Source of the DNA: an uncultured Bacteroidales bacterium
GTDB taxonomy: Bacteria; Bacteroidota; Bacteroidia; Bacteroidales; ML635J-15
DNA length: 64,000 nucleotides
Direction of reading: 5' to 3'
Assembly: GCA_905234755.1 (NCBI GenBank)
Contig: CAJOIT010000003.1
Location: 9,135-73,134, forward strand
Below, piece after piece: positions 32,779 to 45,989 of the stretch (within the stretch, counting starts at the first letter, position 1; each line of letters opens with the position of its first letter). The position numbers were made by a program, and so were the translations under genes. The notes beneath the pieces were generated by a model, which was given only the letters and a program-made list of their open reading frames with translations, was not told the origin of the DNA and ran no database searches.

Positions 32779-32811
32779 TTAGTAGGCACGCAATCATTGC
32801 GTGCCTACTAA
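32779..32811. repeat. 33-bp palindrome (TAGGCNCGCAATG family, copy 2)
   Basis: TTAGTAGGCACGCAAT C ATTGCGTGCCTACTAA. It shares the core of copy 1, with a compensatory T:A to A:T swap in both arms. Confidence 0.75.
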
Positions 32812-32881
32812 TTGTTAATTGTTCTTTATAAATTATTCATTATCGTCATCGAGAAACCAGAAACAATCAAACTAGAAACAT

Positions 32882-36257
<3,376 letters not shown>

Positions 36258-36269
36258 ATGTATTCCAAT

Positions 36270-36302
36270 GTTCAATGTTTTACTCGAACATTGAACTTTT
36301 TT
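36270..36302 (+). terminator. Intrinsic terminator of the GH97 gene
   Basis: GTTCAATGTT ... AACATTGAAC form a 10-bp stem followed by TTTTTT. The element starts 13 nt after the stop. Confidence 0.75.
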
Positions 36303-36304
36303 CT

Positions 36305-36312
36305 TACCTTTG
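36305..36312 (+). promoter_or_regulatory. -7 promoter box (TAccTTTG) of the M23 peptidase-dxr unit
   Basis: TACCTTTG lies 19 nt upstream of the ATG at 36331, right after the GH97 terminator. Confidence 0.5.
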
Positions 36313-36330
36313 CATCGCAAATGTTTCTGT

Positions 36331-37170
36331 ATGGCAGAAAAGAAAAAACATAAGTTATGGGCTTGGCTCACTCGACCTTACCAGTTGGTGATATACCGCG
36401 ATGGCAATTTCGAGGTGTTGAAGAAAATTCACATGAACAAAATGGCATTTTCGCTGGTCATTGTGGCTATGTTCGTGATTTTCTTTGCAATAATATCGCT
36501 GCTTGTTGTCTATACGCCACTGAAATATTTGGTGCCGGGCTATCCCGACAGGCAGACACTTGAGCTTATATACAAAAATGCCGAGCGTGTTGACAGTCTT
36601 TCGGCGGAACTTGATGCCCGCGAGGAATACCTGAACATGATTCGCGATATTATTTTCTCTGAAGTTCCTGTTGATGCTGACTTTGTTGTGCCAGTAGGAA
36701 ACTTGACTGAAGAGCAGATTCGCGAGTTTAATGACCCTACAAAGCCTCGTCAGCGTTACGATGATTCCGAAAATGTGAATGTTGTAAGCAAAAATGATAT
36801 TGTACCTAGCCTTTTTGTACCGATGAGGGGTGTTATTACGAATGGCTTCGACAAGGTGCATAGGCATTTTGGAATCGATATTGCGCCGACTGCTGATGTG
36901 GCGGTTTTTGCAGTTTTGCCCGGAATTGTAATCGAAAGCAACTATACGATAGAAAACGGCTACTCCGTGATTCTCCAGCATGCCAACGGCATTTTGTCGG
37001 TTTACAAGCATTGCGAGCAACCTGCTGTAGTTGAAGGTCAGAAAGTTCGTCAGGGCGAGCAGATTGCTGTGTATGGTAACTCTGGTGAAAATACAAGCGG
37101 ACCGCATCTGCATTTCGAGCTTTGGCTCAACGGTGAACCATTGAACCCAACCGAATACATTGAATTTTAA
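36331..37170 (+). CDS. Peptidase M23 family (LytM-type) membrane-anchored metallopeptidase
   Basis: One N-terminal TM segment. M23 motifs: HFGIDIA..., GNSGENTSGPHLHFELW. The ATG at 36331 lies 19 nt after a TAccTTTG box. Confidence 0.85.
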   Translation: MAEKKKHKLWAWLTRPYQLVIYRDGNFEVLKKIHMNKMAFSLVIVAMFVIFFAIISLLVVYTPLKYLVPGYPDRQTLELIYKNAERVDSLSAELDAREEYLNMIRDIIFSEVPVDADFVVPVGNLTEEQIREFNDPTKPRQRYDDSENVNVVSKNDIVPSLFVPMRGVITNGFDKVHRHFGIDIAPTADVAVFAVLPGIVIESNYTIENGYSVILQHANGILSVYKHCEQPAVVEGQKVRQGEQIAVYGNSGENTSGPHLHFELWLNGEPLNPTEYIEF

Positions 37171-38342
37171 TGGAACAAAAACGAAAAAACATAGCGATTC
37201 TCGGCTCTACGGGTTCAATTGGAACTCAGGCACTGGATATTATACGCGACTATCCCGACAAGTTTTCTGCCGAGGTGCTTGTTGCCAATAATAATGCACA
37301 ATTGCTTATAAGTCAGGCTCGTGAGTTTGAACCTAATTTTGTCGTCATTGCCAACAAGGAGAAATATCCCGAAGTGCGCGATGCTCTTGCCGATTTGCCG
37401 ATAAAGGTTTTCGCTGGTGCCGAATCCATACTCGATGTTGTGGCTATGGACTGCGTTGACATGGTTTTGGCGGCTATGGTCGGTTTTGCAGGACTTATGC
37501 CCACAATCAAGGCAATTGAAGCAGGCAAAGTGGTTGCGCTTGCAAACAAGGAGACGCTTGTGGTTGGCGGTAGCATTATTTGCGACAAACTCAAGGAAAG
37601 TCAGTCGGCTTGCATTGTGCCTGTGGATTCCGAACATTCGGCAATTTTCCAGTGCCTGCGTGGTGAGAATATTGATGATGTTGAAAAACTGATTCTTACA
37701 GCATCTGGAGGCCCATTTTTCGGGAAGGATGTTAATTTTTTGAAAGATGTTACTGCATCACAGGCTTTGAATCACCCTAATTGGAAGATGGGGAGCAAGG
37801 TGACAATCGATTCTGCATCGCTGATGAACAAAGGCTTCGAGGTCATCGAGGCACACTGGCTGTTCGGCATTCCTGCCGACAGGATTGAGGTGCTTGTGCA
37901 TCGTCAGTCGATTGTGCATTCCATGGTCGAGTTTTCCGATGCGTCCATAAAGGCACAGATTGGCGCTCCGAGCATGAGGATTCCTATACAATATGCCTTC
38001 GACTATCCGAACCGGTCATACTCACCAAAAAATCGTTTTTCGTTCCTCGAACATGGTTGCAACCTGACATTTGAAAAGCCAGATATTGAGACTTTCCGCT
38101 GTCTGCAGATTGCTTACGATTGTCTTTCGCAAGGTGGAAATGCTCCGTGTATAATGAATGCCGCCAACGAAATCGCAGTCGATGCTTTTTTGAAAGGTCG
38201 TATAGGTTTCATGCGTATTCCCGAAATCATTGAGTCAACTCTCGAAAAGTTGCCATTTGAAAGCAAAATCACAATCGAGTCGTGCTTTGCGACAGACAGA
38301 GAGGCTAGGGGAGAGGCTGAAGTACTTGTTCGAAAAAGTTAG
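37170..38342 (+). CDS. dxr: 1-deoxy-D-xylulose-5-phosphate reductoisomerase
   Basis: ILGSTGSIGTQALD NADPH motif, then PVDSEHSAIFQC and NHPNWKMG. TAATG overlap with the M23 gene. Confidence 0.95.
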   Translation: MEQKRKNIAILGSTGSIGTQALDIIRDYPDKFSAEVLVANNNAQLLISQAREFEPNFVVIANKEKYPEVRDALADLPIKVFAGAESILDVVAMDCVDMVLAAMVGFAGLMPTIKAIEAGKVVALANKETLVVGGSIICDKLKESQSACIVPVDSEHSAIFQCLRGENIDDVEKLILTASGGPFFGKDVNFLKDVTASQALNHPNWKMGSKVTIDSASLMNKGFEVIEAHWLFGIPADRIEVLVHRQSIVHSMVEFSDASIKAQIGAPSMRIPIQYAFDYPNRSYSPKNRFSFLEHGCNLTFEKPDIETFRCLQIAYDCLSQGGNAPCIMNAANEIAVDAFLKGRIGFMRIPEIIESTLEKLPFESKITIESCFATDREARGEAEVLVRKS

Positions 38343-38345
38343 CGA

Positions 38346-40301
38346 TTACTCAACACTTACAACCTTAAATTCTGTACGGCGGTTTTGCGCACGACCTTCT
38401 TCGGTGTCGTTGGTGGCAACCGGAACCGAGAAATCATATCCGCTGTACGACAGGCGTTCCTTTGCAATTCCTTGCGAAACGAGGTAGTTGTAAACCGATT
38501 TTGCACGGTTTTCCGAAAGCGTTTTGTTGTATGCCTTTGTACCTACATTGTCGGTGTGACCGCCGATTTCTATCTTCATCTTCGGATTTGCGTTCATGTA
38601 TTCCACAACTTTGCCAAGTTCGGTGTACGAATCGGGTAGGAGGTCGTAGCTGTCGGTCTTGAAGAAAATGTTTTTCAAAACTACGGTAACGCCCTTTTCG
38701 ATAGGTTGCAGCGGAATGTTCATGATGTACGGTTCTTCGGGATGCTCAAGGTTGGTGAGCGAAAAGTTTTCGGAGTAGAAAAGGTAACCCTCGCGCGAAA
38801 CATTGAAGGCGTAGTCCTTATCGATTGGCAGGCAGACCATATATTCGCCAGTGTTTTCCTGCGAATACATGTCAACAACCTTTTCACCGCTCTCAATATC
38901 AAGCATTTCGCATTTTGCTTTCAGTCTTTCGTTTGTTTTTGAGTCGTAGATGTAGCCTTTAACATAAGTTACAGTCACAGGCTTAACCTCTGGAGGAAGT
39001 TCAAAGCCAAAAATGTCGAGATCACGCTTTGTGCCCGATGACGAAAACATTGCAAGGTCGCCTTTTGCGTTTACAATCAAACTTCTTTCTTCACCAAGCG
39101 TATTTATCGGATAGCCAAGGTTTTTCGGCTTCGACCAAGTTTTGCCTTCGTCCTCGGTTTTTGATACGAACAAGTCGTAGCTACCAAGTCCGGGATGACC
39201 TTTCGAGGCAAAATACAAGGTCTTGCAGTCGGGATGTATGAACGGAGAAATGTCTTCGTAAGGAGTGTTCACTTTTCCTCCTAGGTTTTCTGCTGGCTTC
39301 AATGCATTGCCCTTGTTGTCGATTTGTACGCGCCAGATGTCGGTCTTGCCGAATCCGCCCGAACGCGACGATGAGAAATACAAATATTTCCCATCAGACG
39401 ACAGCGATGGGTTGCTTTCCCAGAATTCTGTGTTAACCGAACGCATGTTCTGAGGTTGCGACCATTGTTTGCCTTGCCAGAACATTATGTACAAGTCGCA
39501 GCTTCCCTTGCCGTCGGGACGATTACAAGCCGTTATGACACAAGTTTTTCCATCGGCAGAAATACATTGCGCACCTTCGTTAAGCTCGGTGTTGATTCTT
39601 CCGGGAAGCGGTGCGCCTGAATCGTATTTGCCAGTTTGCGGATTGCGGTAGGCGTAGAACAAATCCTCATGCATATTGGATTGGTTACGAGACGGATTGT
39701 TGGGATTGAGAGGAATTTGCCGTGTAAATACCAGCATTTCCTCGTCAGCCGAAAGAGACGGCCAGTACTCGTCCCATTGAGAATTTATCTTGCCAACGCT
39801 CTGTGGTCGGAAATTCACAGGATTACGCACTGCGCTATCCGAAAAAGTTATGAATTCGCGCAATCGGTTTGTGTCATATTTCTTGTAAACATTCAAATCG
39901 GCATTTTCATAAAAGAAGTCTATGTATTTTTTTGCAGAAGCATATTCGCCGATGCCGTAGTTGTGCATTGCAAGCTTTAGAGTTATGCCGTAGTCGAAAT
40001 GTGGGTCCAGGTCAACAACCTTTTCGTAGAACTTTATGGATGTCTTGATGTCGCCAAGAAAATCGTAGATTTCAGCCTTCAGCATATAAGGTTCAATGAA
40101 CATAGAATCCTTTGCAATTGCGTTGTCGGCTTCCTGCAAGGCGAATTTGATGGTCTGGTCGGTTTTTCCGTTCTGGTAATATGTGACAGCTTTTTCAAAA
40201 CACTTTATAGCCGCCTTCGACTTTGTGTGATATTCCTCGTTCTGCGAAAATGCAAGTCCGCACAATAGCGAAAATGCCAATATGCACAATAATTTTTTCA
40301 T
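38346..40301 (-). CDS. OmpA-family protein with N-terminal TPR and WD40-like (TolB/PD40) beta-propeller region
   Basis: Signal peptide MKKLLCILAFSLLCGLAFSQ, PD40-type repeats (SLSSDGKYLYFSS), and a C-terminal OmpA peptidoglycan-binding motif (GHTDNVGTKAYNKTLSENRAKSV...NRRTEF). Confidence 0.85.
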   Translation of the reverse strand: MKKLLCILAFSLLCGLAFSQNEEYHTKSKAAIKCFEKAVTYYQNGKTDQTIKFALQEADNAIAKDSMFIEPYMLKAEIYDFLGDIKTSIKFYEKVVDLDPHFDYGITLKLAMHNYGIGEYASAKKYIDFFYENADLNVYKKYDTNRLREFITFSDSAVRNPVNFRPQSVGKINSQWDEYWPSLSADEEMLVFTRQIPLNPNNPSRNQSNMHEDLFYAYRNPQTGKYDSGAPLPGRINTELNEGAQCISADGKTCVITACNRPDGKGSCDLYIMFWQGKQWSQPQNMRSVNTEFWESNPSLSSDGKYLYFSSSRSGGFGKTDIWRVQIDNKGNALKPAENLGGKVNTPYEDISPFIHPDCKTLYFASKGHPGLGSYDLFVSKTEDEGKTWSKPKNLGYPINTLGEERSLIVNAKGDLAMFSSSGTKRDLDIFGFELPPEVKPVTVTYVKGYIYDSKTNERLKAKCEMLDIESGEKVVDMYSQENTGEYMVCLPIDKDYAFNVSREGYLFYSENFSLTNLEHPEEPYIMNIPLQPIEKGVTVVLKNIFFKTDSYDLLPDSYTELGKVVEYMNANPKMKIEIGGHTDNVGTKAYNKTLSENRAKSVYNYLVSQGIAKERLSYSGYDFSVPVATNDTEEGRAQNRRTEFKVVSVE

Positions 40302-40373
40302 ACTAATACAATAACAAAAAACAAGCCGAGAAAAAATCCCGACTTGCAAATATAATAACTTTTATGGAACTAA

Positions 40374-42284
40374 TTACAAACCTTTGTCCATCGTCAAGAG
40401 GAACTCCTCGTTGGATGCAACCTGAGGCAGACGGGTGCGGATGAATTCCATTGCTTCCACCGAATTCATGTCGGCAAGGAACTCGCGCATTACCCAAAGT
40501 CTGTTTACAAGGTCTGGATTTACGAGCAAATCCTCGCGGCGAGTGCTCGATGCGGTAACATCGACAGCAGGGTAAATTCTGCGGTTCGACAACTTGCGGT
40601 CGAGCTGGAGCTCCATGTTGCCTGTACCCTTGAATTCCTCGAAAATCACATCGTCCATCTTGGAGCCAGTTTCAGTAAGTGCTGTTGCAAGTATGGTGAG
40701 CGAACCGCCGTTTTCGATGTTACGGGCAGCACCGAAGAAGCGTTTCGGTTTGTGCAATGCGTTTGAATCAACACCACCCGACAAAACTCTACCCGATGCA
40801 GGTGCAACTGTGTTGTATGCACGAGCCAGACGGGTTATGGAGTCGAGCAGAATCACAACATCGTGACCGCATTCAACCATGCGCTTTGCTTTTTCAAGAA
40901 CAATGCTTGCAACCTTTACATGGTGGTCGGCTGGTTCATCGAAAGTTGATGCGATAACCTCGGCGCGAACATCACGAGCCATGTCGGTAACTTCCTCCGG
41001 ACGCTCATCAATAAGCAATATAATAAGGTAAACCTCTGGGTGATTGTCTGCTATTGCATTTGCTATTTCCTTAAGCAACACTGTTTTACCAGTTTTTGGC
41101 TGAGCAACAATCAAACCACGCTGACCTTTTCCGATAGGAGTGAACAAATCTACAACTCGTGTCGATAGGTTTGCATGTCCCTTGCCTGTAATGTTGAACT
41201 TTTCGGTTGGGAACAATGGTGTCAGGTGGTCGAAAGGAATCCTGTCGCGAACAAGCATTGGGTCAAGTCCGTTAATCTTTATGACCTTTGTCAGCGGGAA
41301 ATACTTTTCGCCTTCCTTTGGTGGTCTTACTGTTCCTTCGATAGTATCACCTGTCTTTAGACCGAACAATTTTATCTGCGACTGCGAAACATAAACATCA
41401 TCTGGAGAATTCAAGTAATAATAATCTGATGAACGCAGGAATCCGTAGTTTTCGGGCATAATTTCAAGTACGCCAGTTACTGTAACTATTCCTGAGAAAT
41501 CGTAGTTCGGCTTTTGTTCTTCCGTATTATGAACTTGCTGAGCATTTTGTTGCTGGCGATCCATGTCAAACGACAGTTGTTGAGCCTTTTGCTGCTGGTC
41601 GTTTCTGCCATTGTCATTGCGCGGAGCGCCATTGTTGTTGCGTTGCTGGTCGTTGCGCTGAAATTGCTTCCTGAAATCTTGGCGATTTTGCTGATTCCTG
41701 TCGTTTTCGGTGCGATTGTCGTTTTGTTGTTGTGGAGCAAATGTTTCTACTCTTGGAGCAGTTGGCTCATTTTCTGTAAATCTTGCGACTGGTTCAGCAG
41801 CTGTCTGCGCCTTCTGATTTTCCTGATTGTTGAATACCAATTTGGCGGCAGAACCATTTTCATCCAAATGTGTTGTCATTATCGGCGACTGAATTCTTGC
41901 CCTGCGCTGACGCCTTCTCGGTTCAGATGAATAATCATCAGTAGCAATAGGCTCATCCTGATTTTCAGCAAGAAATTCGCTGGCACTCTCTACAGCGCTT
42001 GAAATCCGTGGCGGACGACCGCGTCTTGGCCTTTGTTCATTATTTTCTGTTCTATGATTATGCTTGATATTGACATCTTTCAGCGGAGCCATTATATCGG
42101 TAACGCCAACCAACGAATCGTCATCATCATCGTCATCTTCACCGAAATCAGGGTCTTCCGTATCCTGTATCCTTCTAATCAAATCTTGTTTTCTAAACGC
42201 TTCCACTCTCTTGATACCCAAACCTTTGGCATATTCTCTCAATTCGGGTAGCAACATGTCGTTCAACTCTGAATAACTTTTCAT
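40374..42284 (-). CDS. rho: Transcription termination factor Rho with an N-terminal insertion domain of about 220 aa
   Basis: The N-terminal Rho_N helix bundle is followed by an acidic, Arg-rich and Q/N-rich insertion. Then come the OB/CSD ([14 protein letters not shown]), Walker A (AQPKTGKT) and the rest of the RecA-type core. 636 aa, against roughly 420 aa for minimal Rho. Confidence 0.95.
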   Translation of the reverse strand: MKSYSELNDMLLPELREYAKGLGIKRVEAFRKQDLIRRIQDTEDPDFGEDDDDDDDSLVGVTDIMAPLKDVNIKHNHRTENNEQRPRRGRPPRISSAVESASEFLAENQDEPIATDDYSSEPRRRQRRARIQSPIMTTHLDENGSAAKLVFNNQENQKAQTAAEPVARFTENEPTAPRVETFAPQQQNDNRTENDRNQQNRQDFRKQFQRNDQQRNNNGAPRNDNGRNDQQQKAQQLSFDMDRQQQNAQQVHNTEEQKPNYDFSGIVTVTGVLEIMPENYGFLRSSDYYYLNSPDDVYVSQSQIKLFGLKTGDTIEGTVRPPKEGEKYFPLTKVIKINGLDPMLVRDRIPFDHLTPLFPTEKFNITGKGHANLSTRVVDLFTPIGKGQRGLIVAQPKTGKTVLLKEIANAIADNHPEVYLIILLIDERPEEVTDMARDVRAEVIASTFDEPADHHVKVASIVLEKAKRMVECGHDVVILLDSITRLARAYNTVAPASGRVLSGGVDSNALHKPKRFFGAARNIENGGSLTILATALTETGSKMDDVIFEEFKGTGNMELQLDRKLSNRRIYPAVDVTASSTRREDLLVNPDLVNRLWVMREFLADMNSVEAMEFIRTRLPQVASNEEFLLTMDKGL

Positions 42285-42450
42285 TTTAAAGTTAGTTACA
42301 AAATATTTTTAATTAAAATTTGTGAAATCAAATAATATCATTTATCAAAGTTACCAATTCCAAAACCTTACAAGCGGTCGAACAGATATTTCTTTTTGTG
42401 ATTTTTAATCTTCAGAAATGAATTGATACCTTATCAAATCAATTGCAGTG

Positions 42451-42458
42451 CAAAGATA
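42451..42458 (-). promoter_or_regulatory. -7 promoter box (TAtcTTTG) of rho, implying a leader of roughly 160 nt
   Basis: The minus strand reads TATCTTTG, 167 nt upstream of the rho ATG at 42284. Confidence 0.45.
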
Positions 42459-42655
42459 TATCTTTTTGTGCAGATGCAAGCAATTCGGATAGATTTTTTT
42501 TCACAGGAACAATTTGCTTTAAAGTGTTATGATGCAAAGTCTTATCCTATTTATCAACATGGCATATCTTTCAATGCAAACCTTTGCAGGTCGCGTCAAC
42601 TCTAAGTTTTACGGCAAAATTCAAGCTGTAGCGCCTGAATTTGCCGTTTGCATTG

Positions 42656-45088
42656 CTATCTAACTTTTGCGCCGAGTTCCTTCTCGTAGAACATTATCAG
42701 CTTTTGCATTATCTTGTCGATCTGCTTGTCGGTCATGGTTTTTTCCGTGTCCTCGAGTTCGAAGCTCAAAGCGTAGGAAATCTTGCCCGGCTCAAGGTTC
42801 TTGCCTTCGTAAACATCGAATAGACCGACCTCGACAATATGCTTAGGTTCGGTGCGCTTTGCAACTTCCTCGAGCTGTGCGTAGGTTACCGACTTGTCGA
42901 TAAGTAAAGCGAGGTCGCGGCGAACGCGTGGGAACTTCGATATTGGCTGATATGCAATCTTGTGAGTCTTGGCAAATTTCAGGAGTACATCCCAATTGAT
43001 TTCAGCATAGAATACATCCTGTGCAATGTCCATCTTCTTGAGCAAATCCTTCGAAACAACTGCGATGCGAGCCACTTCCTTGTCCTTCAACTTGAACGAC
43101 TGGAAAGTGCTGAATTTTTCGTCAGACGAAACCTCAAACTTCAATGCAGACATATCAATGCCAATCTTTTTCAGCACTGCTGCCACGCCCGACTTCAGCA
43201 TGAAGTAGTCGGTTGGATTGTCCTTCAGATTCCAGCTCAACTGGTTGCGTTTACCGGTAATCCACATTCCAAGATACTGAGTTTCGCTGTATGCTGTAAT
43301 GTCCGAAACCTGCTTTTCTGCATTATAATAATAGGTGCGACCGAACTCGAAGAATTTCAAGTCACCGTTCCTGTAATTAAGGTTTGCCTTTATGCTGTTG
43401 AGACCTCCGAAAAGCAATGACGGACGCATAACATTGAGTTCGCGGCTCAATGGATTGTAAATCTTCACTATGCGGTTTGCGTATTCGCTGTTTTCGGCAA
43501 TGTCGTCTGCTGAAATCATCGAGAGGCACATAATTTCGGTGTAGCCGATTCCTGTAAGCACGTCCGAAACAAGATTCATCATCTTTTGCGGTTCTGGCTT
43601 TTCGGGATAGTTGATGCTGAACGAAATATGATTCGGAACCTCGATGTTGTTGTATCCGTAAACTCTCATAATGTCCTCAACCACATCGGCTTCGCCAGTG
43701 ACATCCACCCTGTAGGTTGGGATTTCGAGCTTCAAAGTGCGGCCTTTGTCCTCCAAAATCTTCATGTCGAGCAAACCGATGATTTCGCGGATGCGGTCTT
43801 CGGGGATTTCCTTGCCGATAAGGGCGTTACCACGGTCGATGTTGTATTCAACGATTGCCGGTTCTATTTTGTTAGGATATACATCCACGATTTCCGATGC
43901 GATACGACCGCAGCCCATTTCAACGATTAAGCTGGCGGCACGGCGCAAAGCGTAAGGCACCATATTGATGTCAACTCCACGCTCGAAATGGAAGGATGCA
44001 TCGGTCTTAAGTCCGTGGAACTTGGAAGTTCTGCGGATTGAAACAGGGCTGAAATATGCTGCCTCGATGAAAACATTTTTGGTTTCGTTGGAGATTCCCG
44101 ACTTTTCTCCACCGAATACACCACCTATGCACATTGGCTCCTCGGCATTGCAAATTATAAGGTCGTTTGCCGACAACTTGCGTTCTACACCATCGAGAGT
44201 AACGAATGGTGTGCCTTCGGCAACATTCTTAACGATAATCTGTTTGCCTGTAATCTTGTCGGCATCGAATGCGTGAAGCGGATTTCCTGTTTCGTACAAT
44301 ACGAAGTTGGTGATGTCCACGATGTTGTTTATAGGATTCAAGCCGACCGATTTCAAGCGGTTCTTGAGCCATTCGGGAGATTCCTGCACCTTGACATCGG
44401 TAAGGCAGATGCCCATATAACGGCGGCAAGCATCGGTATTTTCGATTTTTACATCGATTTTTATCTCATTTTTCGGATTTTCTGTGATTTCAGCCTTTGG
44501 AATATTGTATTTTATTCCCTTTACGGCTGCCACATCGCGGGCTGCGCCAATGTGCGAAGCACCATCTATGCGGTTTGGAGTGATGTCGATTTCGATGGCG
44601 GTATCGTTTTCCACCTTGAAATATTCGGCAGCGGGCGTACCCACCTTTGCATCGGCTGGCAGAACCATGATTCCGTCGTGCGAAGTGCCGATATTCATTT
44701 CATCCTCGGCGCAAATCATACCTTCGGATGGTTCACCGCGAAGTTTCGACTTCTTGATTTCGAACACGCCGTCCTTTGTGTAAATCTTGGTGCCTATGGT
44801 AGCCACGACAACTTTTTGTCCAGCAGCCACATTTGGTGCACCGCACACGATATGCAAAGGTTCGTCACCGCCGACATTTACTGTAGTAACGTGCAGATGG
44901 TCGGAATTCGGATGAGCAACGCAGGTAAGCACTTCGCCTATTACGAAGCCCTGCAGTCCGCCTGGCACCGACGAAACCTCTTCAGTTCCATCAACTTCCA
45001 GTCCAACGCTTGTTAATATTGCAGCCAGTTCTTCCGGCGATTCGTCAAACGACACATAGTTCTTAAGCCAATTGTATGAAATCTTCAT
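42656..45088 (-). CDS. pheT: Phenylalanine--tRNA ligase beta subunit
   Basis: MKISYNWLK start, tRNA-binding OB domain (GFVIGEVL.C..HPNSD.L), and B3_4/B5/FDX-ACB architecture. 810 aa. Confidence 0.95.
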   Translation of the reverse strand: MKISYNWLKNYVSFDESPEELAAILTSVGLEVDGTEEVSSVPGGLQGFVIGEVLTCVAHPNSDHLHVTTVNVGGDEPLHIVCGAPNVAAGQKVVVATIGTKIYTKDGVFEIKKSKLRGEPSEGMICAEDEMNIGTSHDGIMVLPADAKVGTPAAEYFKVENDTAIEIDITPNRIDGASHIGAARDVAAVKGIKYNIPKAEITENPKNEIKIDVKIENTDACRRYMGICLTDVKVQESPEWLKNRLKSVGLNPINNIVDITNFVLYETGNPLHAFDADKITGKQIIVKNVAEGTPFVTLDGVERKLSANDLIICNAEEPMCIGGVFGGEKSGISNETKNVFIEAAYFSPVSIRRTSKFHGLKTDASFHFERGVDINMVPYALRRAASLIVEMGCGRIASEIVDVYPNKIEPAIVEYNIDRGNALIGKEIPEDRIREIIGLLDMKILEDKGRTLKLEIPTYRVDVTGEADVVEDIMRVYGYNNIEVPNHISFSINYPEKPEPQKMMNLVSDVLTGIGYTEIMCLSMISADDIAENSEYANRIVKIYNPLSRELNVMRPSLLFGGLNSIKANLNYRNGDLKFFEFGRTYYYNAEKQVSDITAYSETQYLGMWITGKRNQLSWNLKDNPTDYFMLKSGVAAVLKKIGIDMSALKFEVSSDEKFSTFQSFKLKDKEVARIAVVSKDLLKKMDIAQDVFYAEINWDVLLKFAKTHKIAYQPISKFPRVRRDLALLIDKSVTYAQLEEVAKRTEPKHIVEVGLFDVYEGKNLEPGKISYALSFELEDTEKTMTDKQIDKIMQKLIMFYEKELGAKVR

Positions 45089-45108
45089 CGTAAATCAATT
45101 TTGGGTTG

Positions 45109-45116
45109 CAAAGATA
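45109..45116 (-). promoter_or_regulatory. -7 promoter box (TAtcTTTG) of pheT
   Basis: The minus strand reads TATCTTTG, 21 nt upstream of the pheT ATG at 45088. Two AAAATCGTAAAT copies precede it in that orientation. Confidence 0.6.
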
Positions 45117-45122
45117 CAATAT

Positions 45123-45149
45123 TATTTACGATTTTGGATTTACGATTTT
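45123..45149 (-). repeat. AAAATCGTAAAT direct repeats (pheT promoter copy)
   Basis: The minus strand reads AAAATCGTAAATCCAAAATCGTAAATA. This is followed by ATATTG and then TATCTTTG. Confidence 0.65.
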
Positions 45150-45337
45150 GGATTTTTTTAACCCAAACTCCATGCAAATTTTTAACAATCAAACATTTTT
45201 TCTAATACATCTCCATCGCATATTCTTCGGCCTTATTCAACAGCGAGATGAAGCGCTAGTTTCTCAAAAGTCTGCAATTTTGTCATGTTTTGTCGCATGG
45301 CAGAATTTTTGAAAGGGTGGGGTGTCATTTTATTTTA

Positions 45338-45979
45338 ATGGATATGGAAAACGATAACATACAGGAAGAAAAGAAAGTGGAAGAAGCGACAGAAAATGTT
45401 GAAAATAAGGAAGTAGAAGCAACAGAGGAGAATGAAGTTCAGACTTCGGAACCTGAAAAAAAGGAAGATGCAGAACAAGAACACGGCAAGAAGAAAAAGT
45501 CGCGTTTCGGATTTTCTGACAGGAAATTGAAGGAAGAATTGGCAGAGTCGAATCGCAAATTGGAGGAACTTCAGGACAAATATATGCGTCAGGTGGCAGA
45601 GTTTAGCAACTTTAAGAAGCGTACCGCCAAGGAAAAACTGGAACTTCGCGAAAGCGTGAAGGCTTCGATGCTGCATGACTTTTTGCCAGTAATTGATGAC
45701 ATTGACCGCGCGATGGAGCATCTGTCAAGTTCCGACATCGAGGCTACAAAGGAAGGCGTAAAGTTGATTTACCAGAAGTTTATGGATTATCTGAAATCGC
45801 AGGACTTAACCGAAATTCAGGCTTTGGGCGAGGATTTCAATACCGACTTTCACGAGGCTGTCACACAGTTCCCAGTCGAGGACGAGGCCAAGAAGGGAAA
45901 GGTTATCGATGTTATTCAGAAGGGCTACAAGATTAACGACAAGGTTGTAAGGTATTCAAAGGTTGTCGTAGGTCAGTAG
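45338..45979 (+). CDS. grpE: Nucleotide exchange factor GrpE
   Basis: An acidic N-terminus is followed by the coiled coil [22 protein letters not shown] and a C-terminal beta domain (H.A......G.V..V.QKGY). It lies directly upstream of dnaJ. The start is set at the ATG at 45338. Confidence 0.9.
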   Translation: MDMENDNIQEEKKVEEATENVENKEVEATEENEVQTSEPEKKEDAEQEHGKKKKSRFGFSDRKLKEELAESNRKLEELQDKYMRQVAEFSNFKKRTAKEKLELRESVKASMLHDFLPVIDDIDRAMEHLSSSDIEATKEGVKLIYQKFMDYLKSQDLTEIQALGEDFNTDFHEAVTQFPVEDEAKKGKVIDVIQKGYKINDKVVRYSKVVVGQ

Positions 45980-45989
45980 GAGGTTTTAT

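Noticed and set aside
36355-37113. 252-aa minus-strand ORF.
   Set aside because: It is antisense to the M23 peptidase gene (HLHFELW and related motifs). It is a shadow ORF.
38342-38346. The absence of terminators between the convergent dxr and OmpA-family genes (3-nt gap), and between 6340..8766 and 8763..9479 (shared TTAA stop overlap), as a possible annotation error.
   Set aside because: Both gene pairs have strong family motifs right up to their stops. Tight convergent packing seems genuine here and is not evidence of a mis-call.
41486-41930. Plus- and minus-strand ORFs (84 aa and 138 aa) inside rho.
   Set aside because: They are alternative-frame artefacts of the low-complexity Q/N/R-rich insertion of Rho.
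44273-45016. 247-aa plus-strand ORF.
   Set aside because: It is antisense to pheT. It is a shadow ORF.
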